In this document: positions 1 through 11,778 of the stretch, piece by piece | Numbering within the stretch: position 1 is the stretch's first letter | How the letters are laid out: each line of letters opens with the position of its first letter | From: Lama guanicoe | Taxonomy: Eukaryota | Reading direction: 5' to 3' | DNA length: 64,000 bases | NCBI GenBank assembly: GCA_013239625.1 | Contig: MU054187.1 | Location: 248,001 to 312,000, forward strand | The notes under the pieces: model-generated | What the model was told of the DNA's origin: nothing | Seen by the model: the letters and a program-made list of their open reading frames with translations, nothing else | The model's database searches: none | Made by a program: the position numbers and the translations under genes

Positions 1-1329
1 CAGAGTCAGAGTTGGCCTGGGGTTGCAGCTGGGTGGGGGTGAAGCTCGGGAAGGGAAGCAGATCTGGGGTGGATTTAGACAGGAGGGAAGTTGCCGGGGA
101 AGATGACGAAGTCAGTGCAGAGGGAGCGAGACCCGAGCAGAGAAGGAACATCTGTGAAAGTCATTTCCAAAAAGTGTACAGAAATTCCAAAAGTCACATT
201 GAGGGACTGCCCCTCCACCCCTAGACCACTAGATTCCCGAGCCCATGATGGTCTGTACGAACAGCCAAAGCTGTGATCCACCGGTGCTTGGATCCATGGT
301 CCCCATGTGCTGGTGTGTGTTCGGTGCATCAAGGCCATTTGGATTTTCTCTTTTGGGCGCCTCCTCTCACTGTTAGTACTGAGATGTAACTGCTACAGCC
401 AAGTGGCCTTTAAGGAAGCAGGCTCTAACGGCCATGTCTCATCTCTGAAGCAGGGACAGTAGACCTGACTTCAGAGCAAAGGAGTACATAAGATGCACCC
501 TGGCGGCCCTGGGGCTGATGGGGGAGGCAGACACTCAGTGCTTCCACTGCACAGCCAGGCAGCCCGCTGCGGGTGGAGGGCTGGAGCCAGTGACCGCAGG
601 GTTGGTGGCCCCAGGGCCGTCAGGGTCTCTCAGGCAGAGCTGGTGAAAGGCACATGGAAAAGCCCCAGAGGTGCCCAGGCAGCTATAAGGTTCACACGTT
701 GAAGGGGAGACGGGGCTGTGGTTCAGACTGGTTCTGTCTTGCTCTGCTGTCCCTGCCCATGCCGAGGAGGTGGAATGGTCAGGTTTTTGTCTTAAATGAA
801 GCAGTGCTTTCAGCACCATGAGTAGGCTTTGGTGCAGAGCAGGGGCTGGTGGTTGGCAGGAAGATGATTGCCTGGCTCTTTGGAGGAGTGCAGGTGAGGG
901 TGGTTGAGAGTCTGGGAGGCTGACGAGCCCCTGGCAGGCAGGCTGTGAGGGCCAGATGCCTGCAGACCTGGGGCAGCCTGTCCACAGTCTGTGGTCTCCA
1001 GACGCCTGCGGAGATCCCATCCTGTGACCTTTCTCAGAGCAGAGAAGGGTGAGGACACAGCCCCCATGTGAAAGTTACTGCCCATGCCACTTAGGCCTTG
1101 GGGACCTGGAATCTTAAGACCACAGGCACCAGCAGTGCCTAGAGCACCGTTTTATGAGGAAATACATCCCTGAAGAGCTGGCTTCCAAAGAGGTTTGGAA
1201 CCTGACTCACTCTTAACTGCAGCCCGTGAGTAAGAAGCACAGAGGTATGAGCAGAGGGGAGTCTACAGACACCTGTGGGGAGAGAGGAGGGTTGATTTTT
1301 CTGAAGAACCTCATATTTTAAAAAATAAT

Positions 1330-1935
1330 AATTTGTAGTGAGACTTGCAAAATTAACCATTTTAAAGAGAGAAATTCAGTGCCGTTAGTCCATTCACAGT
1401 GTTGTGCAACCACCTCTTTTTGTACATTGTCTTTTGTTATTTCAGTGGCTTTGAAAGCAGTGGTAGTCTAGTTTTTAATCACAGTGTAACTGAGATAAAA
1501 TACACCCTTACAGCGTGCACAGCTCGCTGTCACTGCTGTATTCACACAGTTGTGCAACATCCCCACTAACTAGCTGCAGAGTATCTCCATCACTCCAGAA
1601 AGAAACCCGTGTCCACCGGCAGTCACGCCCCACCCCTCCCAGCCCTGGCACCCACTCTTCTGCCACCTGTCTCCGCAGACAGCCTGTTGTGGACACACAT
1701 GGACATGAACTCGTACGCTGTGTGTTCTTGTGTTTCTGGCTCTTGTCACTTAGTGAAACATTTTTAAGACATTCCTCAGGCTTCCTTCCTTTTTGTGGCT
1801 GAATATTCCATCATTTGGATAGACCTGCTTTGTTTATCCATTCATTGGTTGATGCATATTTTTTTGATTTGCTGTGAATATGCATGTAAGGCCTTTGGGT
1901 GGACATCTATTTTCTGTTCTTTGGGCATATTCCTG
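1330..1935 (-). mobile_element. Old L1M 3'-end fragments
   Basis: Two 'attcaca..gttgtgcaac' L1M 3' UTR motifs and 'ggctgaatattccat...tttatccattcatt' L1 3' sequence. Confidence 0.7.
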
Positions 1936-2309
1936 TAGTTTAGATCGTTTTCATGTTGGCCGTCATCCTAAACAGAGCAGCCGTACAACTGGGAGGAACC
2001 TGTGATTCCTCCAGCTGGGGAGACGACCATAGAAAGTAACCCATCCAGAGAGACAGGACTGAGAGACCGAGACAGGAACTCTGCGTCCAAACAAGATGAC
2101 CAAAGGGCAACTTCAGGAAATATAGCCCAAGGTTAGAGACATGCAGTGTCCACTGTGACTTCTCCGGAGAGGGGCCGTGTTAACAGAGGGTCTCTTGCCA
2201 ACACCCCGACCATGGAGTGACCCCTGAGCCGTGGAGGAGGCAGGGCCACTGAAGTTGGCTTTGCTTCCAGAACAGCTTTGTGACAGATCAGACGTCCTGC
2301 TGTCCACAC

Positions 2310-5300
2310 CCTCACCAGCAGTGAGTGTTCTCAGGGTCTGAGATTTTCAGCCGTTCTTACAGGTGTGCAGTGGTGTCTCATTGCTGTGTAGTTTGCATTT
2401 CCCTGATGGCATGTGATTCAGAATGTCTTTCATGCTTATTTGCTGTCCATATATCTTCTGTGATGAGGTGTCTGTAAAGGTCTTTGACCCATTTTTTTAT
2501 TCAGGATGTTCATTTTCTTACTGTTGAGTTTTAAGGCTTTTTTTTTTTTTGTATATTTTGGATAGCAGTCCTTTATCAGATGGGTCTTTTGCAAACATTT
2601 TCTCCCATCTGTGGCTTATCTTTTCATTCTCTTAATAGTATCTTTTGTAGACTGGAAGTTTTACTTTTAATGAAGTCCCATCAATTTTTTTCTTTCATGA
2701 GCTGTGTTTTTGGTGTTGTGCCTAAAAACTGATTGTCAATCCCAGCGTCACCCAGGTTTTCTCCTAGGAGTTTTATAGTTTTGCGTTTTAAGCTTAAGTC
2801 TGTAACCCATCTTGATTTAAGTTTTGTGAAAAGTGTAAGGTCTCTTTCTAGATTCATTGTTTTTCATGTGTGTGTCAGTTGTTTGAACACTGTTAAAAAG
2901 ACTGTCCTTTTTCTGCTGGGTTGTCAAAGATCAGTTGGCTGTATTCATGTGAGTCTATCTCTGGGCTTCCTATTCTGTTGATTCGATTACGTCTGTTCTT
3001 TCACCAATAAGACACTGTCTTGATTTCGGCAGCCATAATGCATATCTTAAAGCCCTGTGATGTGTCTTGAAGTTGGGTAGTGTCAGTCCTCCACCTTTGC
3101 TCTTTCTTCTTCAGTAATTTCTCGGCTATTTCAGGTCTTTTTGCCTTCCGTATATACTGTAAAATCAGTGTGTTGGTATGCACAGAATTACTTGCTGGGG
3201 TTTTACTGGAATTGTGTTGAATCTGTAGATCAACTTAGAAAAAAATTTACTATTGAGTCTTCCTGTACACAAACATAGAATATGTCTCTATTAATCTTGA
3301 CCTTTCATATCTTTCAACAGATTTTATAGTTTTCCTCATATAGGTATTATACTTAAACCAAAGTAGTTCATTTATTTTACCCCTAATGCAAATGGTGTTG
3401 TGTGTTTTTAGTTTCAAAAGCCATTTGTTCATTGTTAGTATATAAGAAAGCAGTTGCCTTTTGCATTCTAACCTTGTATCTTGCGACCTTGCTACAGGCA
3501 TTTTGTAGTTCTAGTTTTTTTTGTTGTTGATTCTTTGGGATATTCTACACAGAAAACTGTCATCGGTGGATAAAAACAGTATTCTTCCTTTCCAGTCTGT
3601 ATACCTTTTATTTCCTTTTCTGGTCTTACTGCATTAGCACGTACTTCCAGTTCCATGTTGGATAGAAGTGGTGAGAGGGGGCTTCCTTGCTCTGCTCCTG
3701 ACCCTAAGGAGAAAGCATCTGCTTTCTCACCATTAGTTGTGATATATGCTGTAGGGGTTTTGTTTGTTTGTTTGTTGTTTCATCGCTAAAGGTAATATCT
3801 TTTTACTCCACACATTGAAGGAAGAGCACGTCAGCTCTCCTGCCCATCTCTGACTGTTCTCTACCCCCAGCCAGTTTCTGTACTTTATATTTGATTGATG
3901 GTGTTCTGTTCTGTAGCTATAATTAAACCCTGCACTTTGTCTACAGGTTGATTCTCAAATATGAAAATCAGTTAATGGTGTTTTTATTATTATGATTATA
4001 TAAATATTTTTCACTTAACAGGAAAATATTATACTACTCTCTATTTCCTTTCTTGGGTAATTTTTTCTATGGAGTTTTATATTGACTTTTATTTTCCTTG
4101 CACTACCTGCCGTACACCCTAATTATTTTCCAAATCCTTAAAAATGGTGACATCTTTGGGGTCATCCTCGTCCTTTGTAATTTCCCTCCTGGATCCGTCT
4201 GTGCCTCTGAGCCAACCTTGACCGGCTGCTCTGTTGTCAGCACTGTTGTGGGCCCCCTGTATGAATCATTCAGGTTTGAGTCACTCTTTCCTAAATCACG
4301 AACTACTTTATTGCATTGTTCCAACCTTAGGTTTTCTGTAAATGTTCCTTACCAAGTTGAGGACGCCCCCTCTATTGCTAAATTACTGAGAGTTTTATCA
4401 TGAATGGGTGTTGGATTTTGTTAAGCGTTTTCTTTACATCTATTGAAATGATCACATGATTTTTCTTCTTTAGTGTGTTGATATGATAGATTACATTCAT
4501 CGATTTAAAAAAAAAAATTGAACCTGCTTTGTAAACCTGGAATAGTCCCATTTGGTTATGGTATAATCCTTATTTTGTATGTAGTTGGATTAGGTTGCTA
4601 ATATCTTGTTAAGGAAGTTTGCGTCTGTGTTTATGAGAGATGTTGGTCTGTGGTTTTCCTTTCATGTAATGTTTTTGTGTGGATTTGGTACTGGGTGAAT
4701 GCTGTCCTCAAAGGGTGTGTTAGGAAGGTAACGTCTTCTGGAAGAAATTGGGGAGGACTGGTATAATTTCTTTCTTAAACATTTGGTAGAATTCACTCGT
4801 GAACCCCTTTGGGCCTGGTGCTTTCTGTTTTTGAAGATATGAATCATTGATTCTATTTCTTTAATTCAGTCTTACCTCATTTTATTGCACTTTATTGCAC
4901 TTTGTAGATACTGCATTTTTTACAAATTGAAGGTTTGTGGCAACTCTGTCAAGCAAGTCTGTCAGTGCTGTTCTTCAACAGCATTTGCTTACTTGGGGTC
5001 TCTGTGTCACATTTTGGTAATTCACATAATACTTCAGATTTTTTCATTATGACTGTATTTGTTATGGTGATCTATGGTCAGCGATTTTTGATGTTACTGT
5101 TGCATAGATTACAACTTGCTGAAGGCTCAGCCGGTAGTTAGCACACTTTAGCAATAACGTATTTTTTAATTAAGGCATGTGCTCTTTTACACATATGTTC
5201 TTGCATACTTAGTGCACTGCAGTACAGGGCAGACACCCTTTTACATTCCCTGGGAACCTTAAGGTACATGTGACTCCCTGTACCATGGTGCCACTTTACA

Positions 5301-7080
5301 GCGGCGGGCCGTCTCTGAAGTGTCTCAGACGTCTGCCTGTAGACCCAGGCCTATCAGACCCCCTGTTTCTTCTTGCCGAGCTTTGGCTGATTGTGTCTTT
5401 CAAGGAATTTCTCCATTTCACCTAATTATCAAATCTGGGCGCACAGAGCTGTTTCTGACATTCCTCTCTTACCCCTTTAATGTCTATGGAATCCTCTTTC
5501 AATTCTGATGTAAATTTGTTTCTTCTCTCTTTTATCCTTCATTAAGCCTTGCTAGAAGTTTATTAATTTTTGCTTATCTTTTCAAAAACCAACTTCTGGG
5601 TTTCTGGATTTTTTTCTGTGGATTTCCTATTCTCAGTTTCATCGATTTCTGTTCTGATTCTTGTTATTGCTTATAATCTCCTTACCTTGTTTTATAATTT
5701 GCTTCTCTTTTTCTTGTTTCTTAAGATGAAAGCTTAGATTATTGATTTTAGATGTTTTCTAGTGCTTACATTTCAGTGCCATCAACTTCTGTCTAAGCAC
5801 TGCTTTTGCTGCATCCCACAAATTTTGATGTGTTTTTATTTTCGTTTAATGCAAAATATTTTTAAATTTCTCTTGAAATTTCTTTGACCCGTGTGTTATT
5901 TAAAAGCATGTTGTTTAACCTCCAGATATTTTGGGGTTTTCCAGCTATTTTTCTGTTACTGACTTCTATTTAATTCCATTGTGGTTTAGAAGCATACTTA
6001 GTATGATTTCTGTATTTTTAAATGTGTAAAGGTGTGCTTTGTGGCCCAGAGTGTGGTCTGTCTGGGTGGACATACCATGAGAGCTTGAGGGGAAGGTGTG
6101 TTCTGCTCTTGTTGGATGGAGTCGTCTGTATGCATCAGTTAGAGCCAAGTGATGGTGTCCTCGGTTCAGCCACGTCCTTAGGATTTTCCACCTGTGGATC
6201 TGTCAGTCACTGAGAGAGGTACTGACGCCTCCAAGTGCAGGGTATAAAGTGCAGCCATGGGTCTGTGTATCTCTCCTTGCAGTCCCATCATTGGCTTCAC
6301 ATATGTCATGTATGTTAACAGTCTCTTGCGATGCACACACACCCCGGACTGCCGTGTATTCCAGGAGAACTGTCCCCTTTACCACCAGGTAACACCCCTC
6401 TACCCCTAGCAGCTGCTTCCTGAAGTTGTCCCTCTGAACTTAACATAGCTCCCCAGCTTTCTCTTACCAGCAGGAGCGTGGAGGACCTTTCCTCCGATGT
6501 ATGAGTGTCTTCGTGTGTGATGTCAGTTTCCTGTACTCACTGTCGCTGGGGCTCAGTGTTTGTCTGCTCTCACAGACCCTTTTGTGTGTTCAGACCATTC
6601 ACATTTAAAGTGCATACTTACATGATGAGGTTAATAGCGTTGATGTTTTCTACTCATTGCTCTTGTTTCTTTTTTGTTTTCCACTTTCTTTCTGCCTTTC
6701 CTCATTTTAATTGAGCATTTTATCCGATTGCATTTTCTCCTCTTTCAATATAACACTTGTTCTTATTTAAAAAAACTTTTTAGTAACTGCCTAAAGTTTG
6801 CAGTGTACACTTGGATCCAGTCAGGTCTGCTCTCAAATAAACACCGCCTACTTTAGGGTGCACCCATGCTCTCAGCTCCTGCCTGCAGTCCCTTGTAACA
6901 CCTCTCTCATTCTAATCACAGAATACACTGTTGTCATTATTTAAATAAACTTTCCTTTTCAATCAATTTAGAATAACAAAGATTAGAGGTTTTACTTTAC
7001 CCTCATTTATTCCTTCTCTGATGCTCTTCCTTTGTAGATCCAGTTTCTGACCAACATCATTTTCCTTCACTACCATTTTA
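2310..7080 (-). mobile_element. Degraded L1M (L1MC/MD-like) ORF2 region, interrupted by two inserts
   Basis: ORF2 remnants in the ORF track (ARSQDTRLECKRQLLSYIL; LTDAYRRLHPTRAEHTFPSSSHG...NHNGIK endonuclease); T-rich + strand. Confidence 0.85.
4867..5339 (+). mobile_element. Tigger1-derived MITE (TcMar-Tigger) inside L1
   Basis: Begins cagtcttacctcattttattgcac...tttacaaattgaaggtttgtggcaac and ends tctgcctg|ta; both Tigger1 termini are present with an internal deletion. Confidence 0.8.
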
Positions 7081-9159
7081 CCGTCGACCCCGTGGGTCTC
7101 GCTGAAGTTCTGCAGGGTCTCCCACAGCTGTAGGACAACTTGAGGGGGTGGATCAGGTGGATACAGAATGTCCTCACAGAGCAGCCAGAGCGTCCGGTAA
7201 GAGCCAGCTAACCAGGGATTAAGAGAAAACAAGGCCCAACTGCAGAAACCAGGGACTGGCCTCTGGCGCAGGAGCCCAGCCGAGGTGAGGCCAGGGTGGG
7301 GCTGTCCCAGATGCACAGAGGGACGGGCTCCCTGCCCTCTAGCCAGCTGCGGGCTTGCCCAGATCCAGCTCTGCTGACTCCAGGCGAGGCTGTGTCCTCA
7401 CTCCTGTGAAGCAACAGTGGCCCCCCCACCTCGCCCTGTGGTGCCTGGTCTGCCCCAGGAAGGCCAGGCAGAGCCCCAGGTGGACTGGCCTCAGGGTCTC
7501 CCAAGCCCCAGGACCCGGCAGGACGGAGTGTTTCCCTGAGCTGATCAGTCACTCATTGAGAACCACACCACGTCCCAGGAAGAAGCCTCCAGGACGGTGG
7601 TGCCTAGGCCTTCCCTCTGCAGACGTCGGCTCCCGGAGCTGTGGGACTTCCTTCTAGCCTCTTCCTGGGGACAGGTGTGCGTTGGTTTCCCTTCCTTGAA
7701 CTACTCCCTACTTTGTCCCAACCGCTCATCAGCGGCGGGTGGTCTTGCCTGCCCTGCGTAGGGGATGTGGTCACACACGGCCAGAGTCCTGTCCTCAAAC
7801 CGCGGTCGACCTCAAACTAGGAGAAAAAGGTCCTGAGCTCCGGCCTCTCAGCCAGAAGGAGGGGGGCGGTGGGGGGCCAGCCTCACCGGAGAAGGTTAGG
7901 GTTATGGGCTGGACCCTTGGGAGGACCTTCTACAAAGTCACCTTGTGTGATATACCTTCCCAAGTCTCATTACAGGAGATTCCTGTACATGAGACAAAGG
8001 AAGTTAAGTCTTTTAATAGCAAATTGCAGCCAAGTGATGAATGTGACTTCACAACCCTTAAATGCTCAGGAAAATTGTTTTTTCCTTCTGATGCTGGTTT
8101 AAGTGAATGTCCCAGACACTGGCAGTTTAGTAATACACTTCCCAGCCATCCCTGGGAGTTCTGCTAGGGTTGTCAGTAGGGATTTCCAAGGTGTGCAGAC
8201 CCCAGGTGACATCGTTTCCTGTTCCTTAATTGGAAGGAAATTGCTTAATCCCATGTAAGTGTAAAGGCTCTTTATGCCCACCAATATCCTAGGGTAAAAG
8301 GGCAGGTAGCAGCTTTCTTTTCCTGAATTCATTTGGCAGACCTACCAGGGACATGGGAGCCTCTGTGTTGACACACCCTGGGAGGGAGCCCCCACCTGGG
8401 CTCTGCTTTGTGAAGACACGCCCTGCCGGCTGTATTGTAAGCTCTTACTGGCTTAACTTTTCATCCCTTTGACTCAGTCTTGATTAGAGTTGCAAGGACA
8501 ATGAAATTACCTGGGCAGCCTTTTCAAAATCAAGATGTATTATTTTTACTTTAAAGTCATTCAAGGATGCATTGCATGAATGCATTTTAATAAACCAGAC
8601 CTACTTAGTTCTTATCATTCTGTTTTATCCTCTACAGATAAATTTTCTCCTAATGTTTGTTCTAGTTGGGAGTGGAATTCTTTGCTGCAAAAAATGGGAA
8701 GGACGACTCTTCCATTTTTCTGGAAACTTAGATCACATCTTACTTTTTTTCCCCAGTGTCTAATTTCACCACTTTTCAACAGGGATGGTGTGTGATTTGC
8801 CAGTGTATCTCGAGGATATCTGCACTGTTGCACATTCCAAGAAAATTACACCAACTCAGTCCCGTTTAAATTCCTCTCTAGCTTCTCACTCCTTCCACCA
8901 TCAAGTCTAAAATCCCCACCCAGACCCTGGACGGGCCTGGCCTGCTGACTTCATAGCTGTCTCACCTTCCGTTACGGCTGCTTGGCCTCTAGCCCCACTG
9001 GCGAGTAGCGGGTGGGCTGTGCCCACCCTGCCTCCAGCCCTACCTCCTGTCCATCCTTCAAGGAAGCCTCCCCTGACCCCAGGCCAGCCTAGAGGGCCTC
9101 CCTTCTGCACCTCTAAGGGGTCTTTTCCATTTCTCAGTTTAGTATTTATTTCATGTTTT

Positions 9160-10190
9160 TTTCATAGACTATGTTTTAGAGAAGTTTCCGGCTTACAGCA
9201 GAACTGAGCAAAAGGTAGAGCTCTGCCGAATCCTCCTGCCCCAACATACGCATAGCCTCCCACCATCAGCACCCCCAGCAGACAGGGCATGATCCTGCTC
9301 GTCCTCACCACCTGGAGGCCATAGCTTGCATCAGGGTTCACTGTTGTGCTGTGTGTTCCGTGGGCCTAGACCCATGTGTGGTGTGCAGCCGTCATTACAT
9401 ATCATACAGAGTAGTTGTCCTGACCTAAAGTGCCTTGCACTCCGCCCGTTCAGCCCTCTCTCCCTCTTGATACCTGGTAACTGTAGCTTTGCTTTTTCCA
9501 AAATGTCAGAGTTGGAATTATGCATGTAGTCTTTTCGAACTGGCTTCTTTCTCCTAGTCATTTGCATGTAAGTTTCCTCCGTGTCTTTTTGAGGCTTGAT
9601 AGCTCATTTCTTCTCATCAGTGGATAATATTCCATTGTCTGGATGGACCACAGCTCTTGTATCTGTTCACCCACTGAAGGCTGTCTTGCCATGTTTTGGC
9701 AGTTACGAGTAAAGCTGCTGTGAACATCCGTGTGCAGGTGCTTACGTGGAGATACATTTTCAGCTCCTTTGGGTAAACACCTAGGAGTGTGATTGCTTGA
9801 TCGTATGATAAGACTACGTTTAATTTTGTAGGAAACCATCAAACTGTTCACAGTGGCTGCACCGTTTCACACCCCCAGCTGCCATGACTGAGAGTTCCTG
9901 CTGCTGCGAGTCCTCTCACTTGGTGGTGTCAGTGTCTGGATTCCGGCTGTTGTCATACGTGTGCAGTGGTGGTGCGTTGCTGTTGTACTTTGCAGTCCCC
10001 TGACAACAGGATGCTGCACGTCCTTCCGTGTGCTCACATGCCGTCTGTGTATCACCCTGGTGTCTGTGAGGATCTTTGGCCCATTTTTAAATCGAGTTGT
10101 TTTGATTCTTCTTGTTGAGCTTTAAGAGCCCTTTGTACGCCGTGGACAACAGTCCTTCATCAGGGTGTCTTTTGTGGATACTTTCTCATG
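9160..10190 (-). mobile_element. L1MC1-like 3' end
   Basis: Recognisable L1MC 3' UTR (cagcagaactgagc; gcttgatagctcatttct; aaagctgctgtgaacatccgtgtgcagg) and an ORF2 C-terminal remnant. Confidence 0.8.
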
Positions 10191-10647
10191 TACTTTGACA
10201 TAGTAACTCCACTTGTGTGAGTCTATCCTGAGGAAAGGGCCCAGCACAGAAAAGGCCAAGTGGACAGATGCCCACTGCCTGGTGCTGGAGCACCTTGGAG
10301 ACCTGGTGGCCAGTGTGGGCCGTGGCTGAGGGAGCCATGACCCAGAGGCACAGCCGTGCAGCAGCCTCAGGGCAGGATGAGACGGTGCAGTGACGGTTTG
10401 CTTGTAACAGCTTTGTCTGTGCCCATCTGGAAAAAGGCAAAAATGAAGATACTTGGTTAGGTGGTAATACACCTGAGCTTTAAAACTTGCTGTAATTTTG
10501 TGCAATAAAAGGAACTTATAAAAAAAAAAAACAGAAACATTTACATAAACTCACAACCTGAGCCCCTGGTGTTAACCGTCTGTGACCTGAGGAGCAAAGG
10601 GAAGCCGGGGCAGAACCACCCTGAGCCTGGCTGTCTCCCCGGCCCAG

Positions 10648-10741
10648 GCACCGTGACTGGCGTGGACGAGAGCACCGCCTTCTCCTGGCCTGCATGTGAC
10701 CTGTGTGGCAGCGCGAGACTGGAACAGAGCCCAGGAGACAG
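10648..10741 (+). CDS. SPIDR: SPIDR coding exon (4th from last), C-terminal OB-fold/Zn-ribbon region
   Basis: cag|GC ACC GTG...GAC AG|gtatgc, 94 nt. Encodes (G)TVTGVDESTAFSWPACDLCGSARLEQSPGD(R), matching recalled human GTVVGVDESTAFSWPVCDMCGNGRLEQRPEDR. Earlier exons lie upstream of the window. Confidence 0.95.
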
Positions 10742-11416
10742 GTATGCGGCAGGGCTGCCGGGAGAACGCAGGTCAGCAGCGACCTGCCAGGACCCCAGGG
10801 CCGATGCCTTGGACCAGGCCAGGCCGAGCTGCAGGGAGGAGGCCACAGTGCAGTTCTCTTCCTCTACGCTGGTTCTGCTGTGCCTGTAGCTCCTCCTGTC
10901 CTTCAAGAGGTGCCAGGTTTCCTCAGCTCCTTTATTATCAGGCAGAAGGAAAAGAACTCGGGGCAGACATGGGTGAGAGACATACTTGGTGACTGCACAG
11001 GTGTCCTTTGCAAGCAGACATCCCTTCCCTTCCCACCCCCATTGGGCCCAGTGTTGACCCAGTTCTCCGAGCCGGTCCTCTGGCCCCTCCGTGACTCCTG
11101 CAGCTTGATGCCTCCTGGAGGTGGCCTTCTACACAGGGCACTGCCGAATTGCATGTGGAGACAGGAGAAGCAAGACAGAGCAGAGACGCTGATGACTAAA
11201 GAGGTTCTCCTGTCCCAGCTGCTCCCACTGGTTCAGCGTGGACGTGCCTCCTGCCTGTGTCCCTCCATCCTCCAGGTGTCACATGTGTGGCCGCGCTGCT
11301 GAGCACGGCTGCTTCTGGCCTGTTTTGGGACCTGAGTTCCTTCTCTCTGTTGGGTGCGAGGAGTGTCTGCACTGCCAGACTCCTCACTTTCCTTGCGTCT
11401 TGTTTCCAAACCTCAG

Positions 11417-11531
11417 GGGCACCTTCTTCTGTGGGGACTGCTCCCGCCTGGTCACCTCTCCGCTCCTCAGGAGGCGCCTGCAGGTCTTCCTGGACTGCCC
11501 CTCGTGCCCCCGGTGCACAGTCAGGGTCCAG
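11417..11531 (+). CDS. SPIDR: SPIDR coding exon (3rd from last)
   Basis: ctcag|G GGC ACC...GTC CAG|gtagga, 115 nt, phase continuous with the previous exon. Encodes GTFFCGDCSRLVTSPLLRRRLQVFLDCPSCPRCTVRVQ with the second CxxC. Confidence 0.95.
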
Positions 11532-11724
11532 GTAGGAGGCAGGCGGGACCCCTGTGCCCTTTTCCACAGCCTGGCAGGAGCTGGGAAGGGGTCAGATGCA
11601 CAGTCTACTCAGGGCTCTGGGATGAAGCAAGTGGTTTAGAGCCCACGTCAGTTCTCGGGAGGGGAGTGTTTCCGGTGTGAGTCAGTGGTGGAGTCCTAAC
11701 CTAGCCCCTTGGCTGTGATTGCAG

Positions 11725-11778
11725 CTGCTGCAGGACAGTATTTCTTCGCTCCTGAAGTTTGCCGCCAGCGAGGATGGG
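11725..11778 (+). CDS. SPIDR: SPIDR penultimate coding exon
   Basis: ttgcag|CTG CTG CAG...GAT GGG|gtgagt, 54 nt. LLQDSISSLLKFAASEDG versus human LLQRSISSLLRFAAGEDG. Confidence 0.94.

Noticed and set aside
75..338. 87-aa minus ORF vaguely like a retroviral protease (IQAPVDHS)
   Set aside because: No D[ST]G motif and no flanking gag, pol or LTR; the adjacent sequence looks more like an old LINE fragment.
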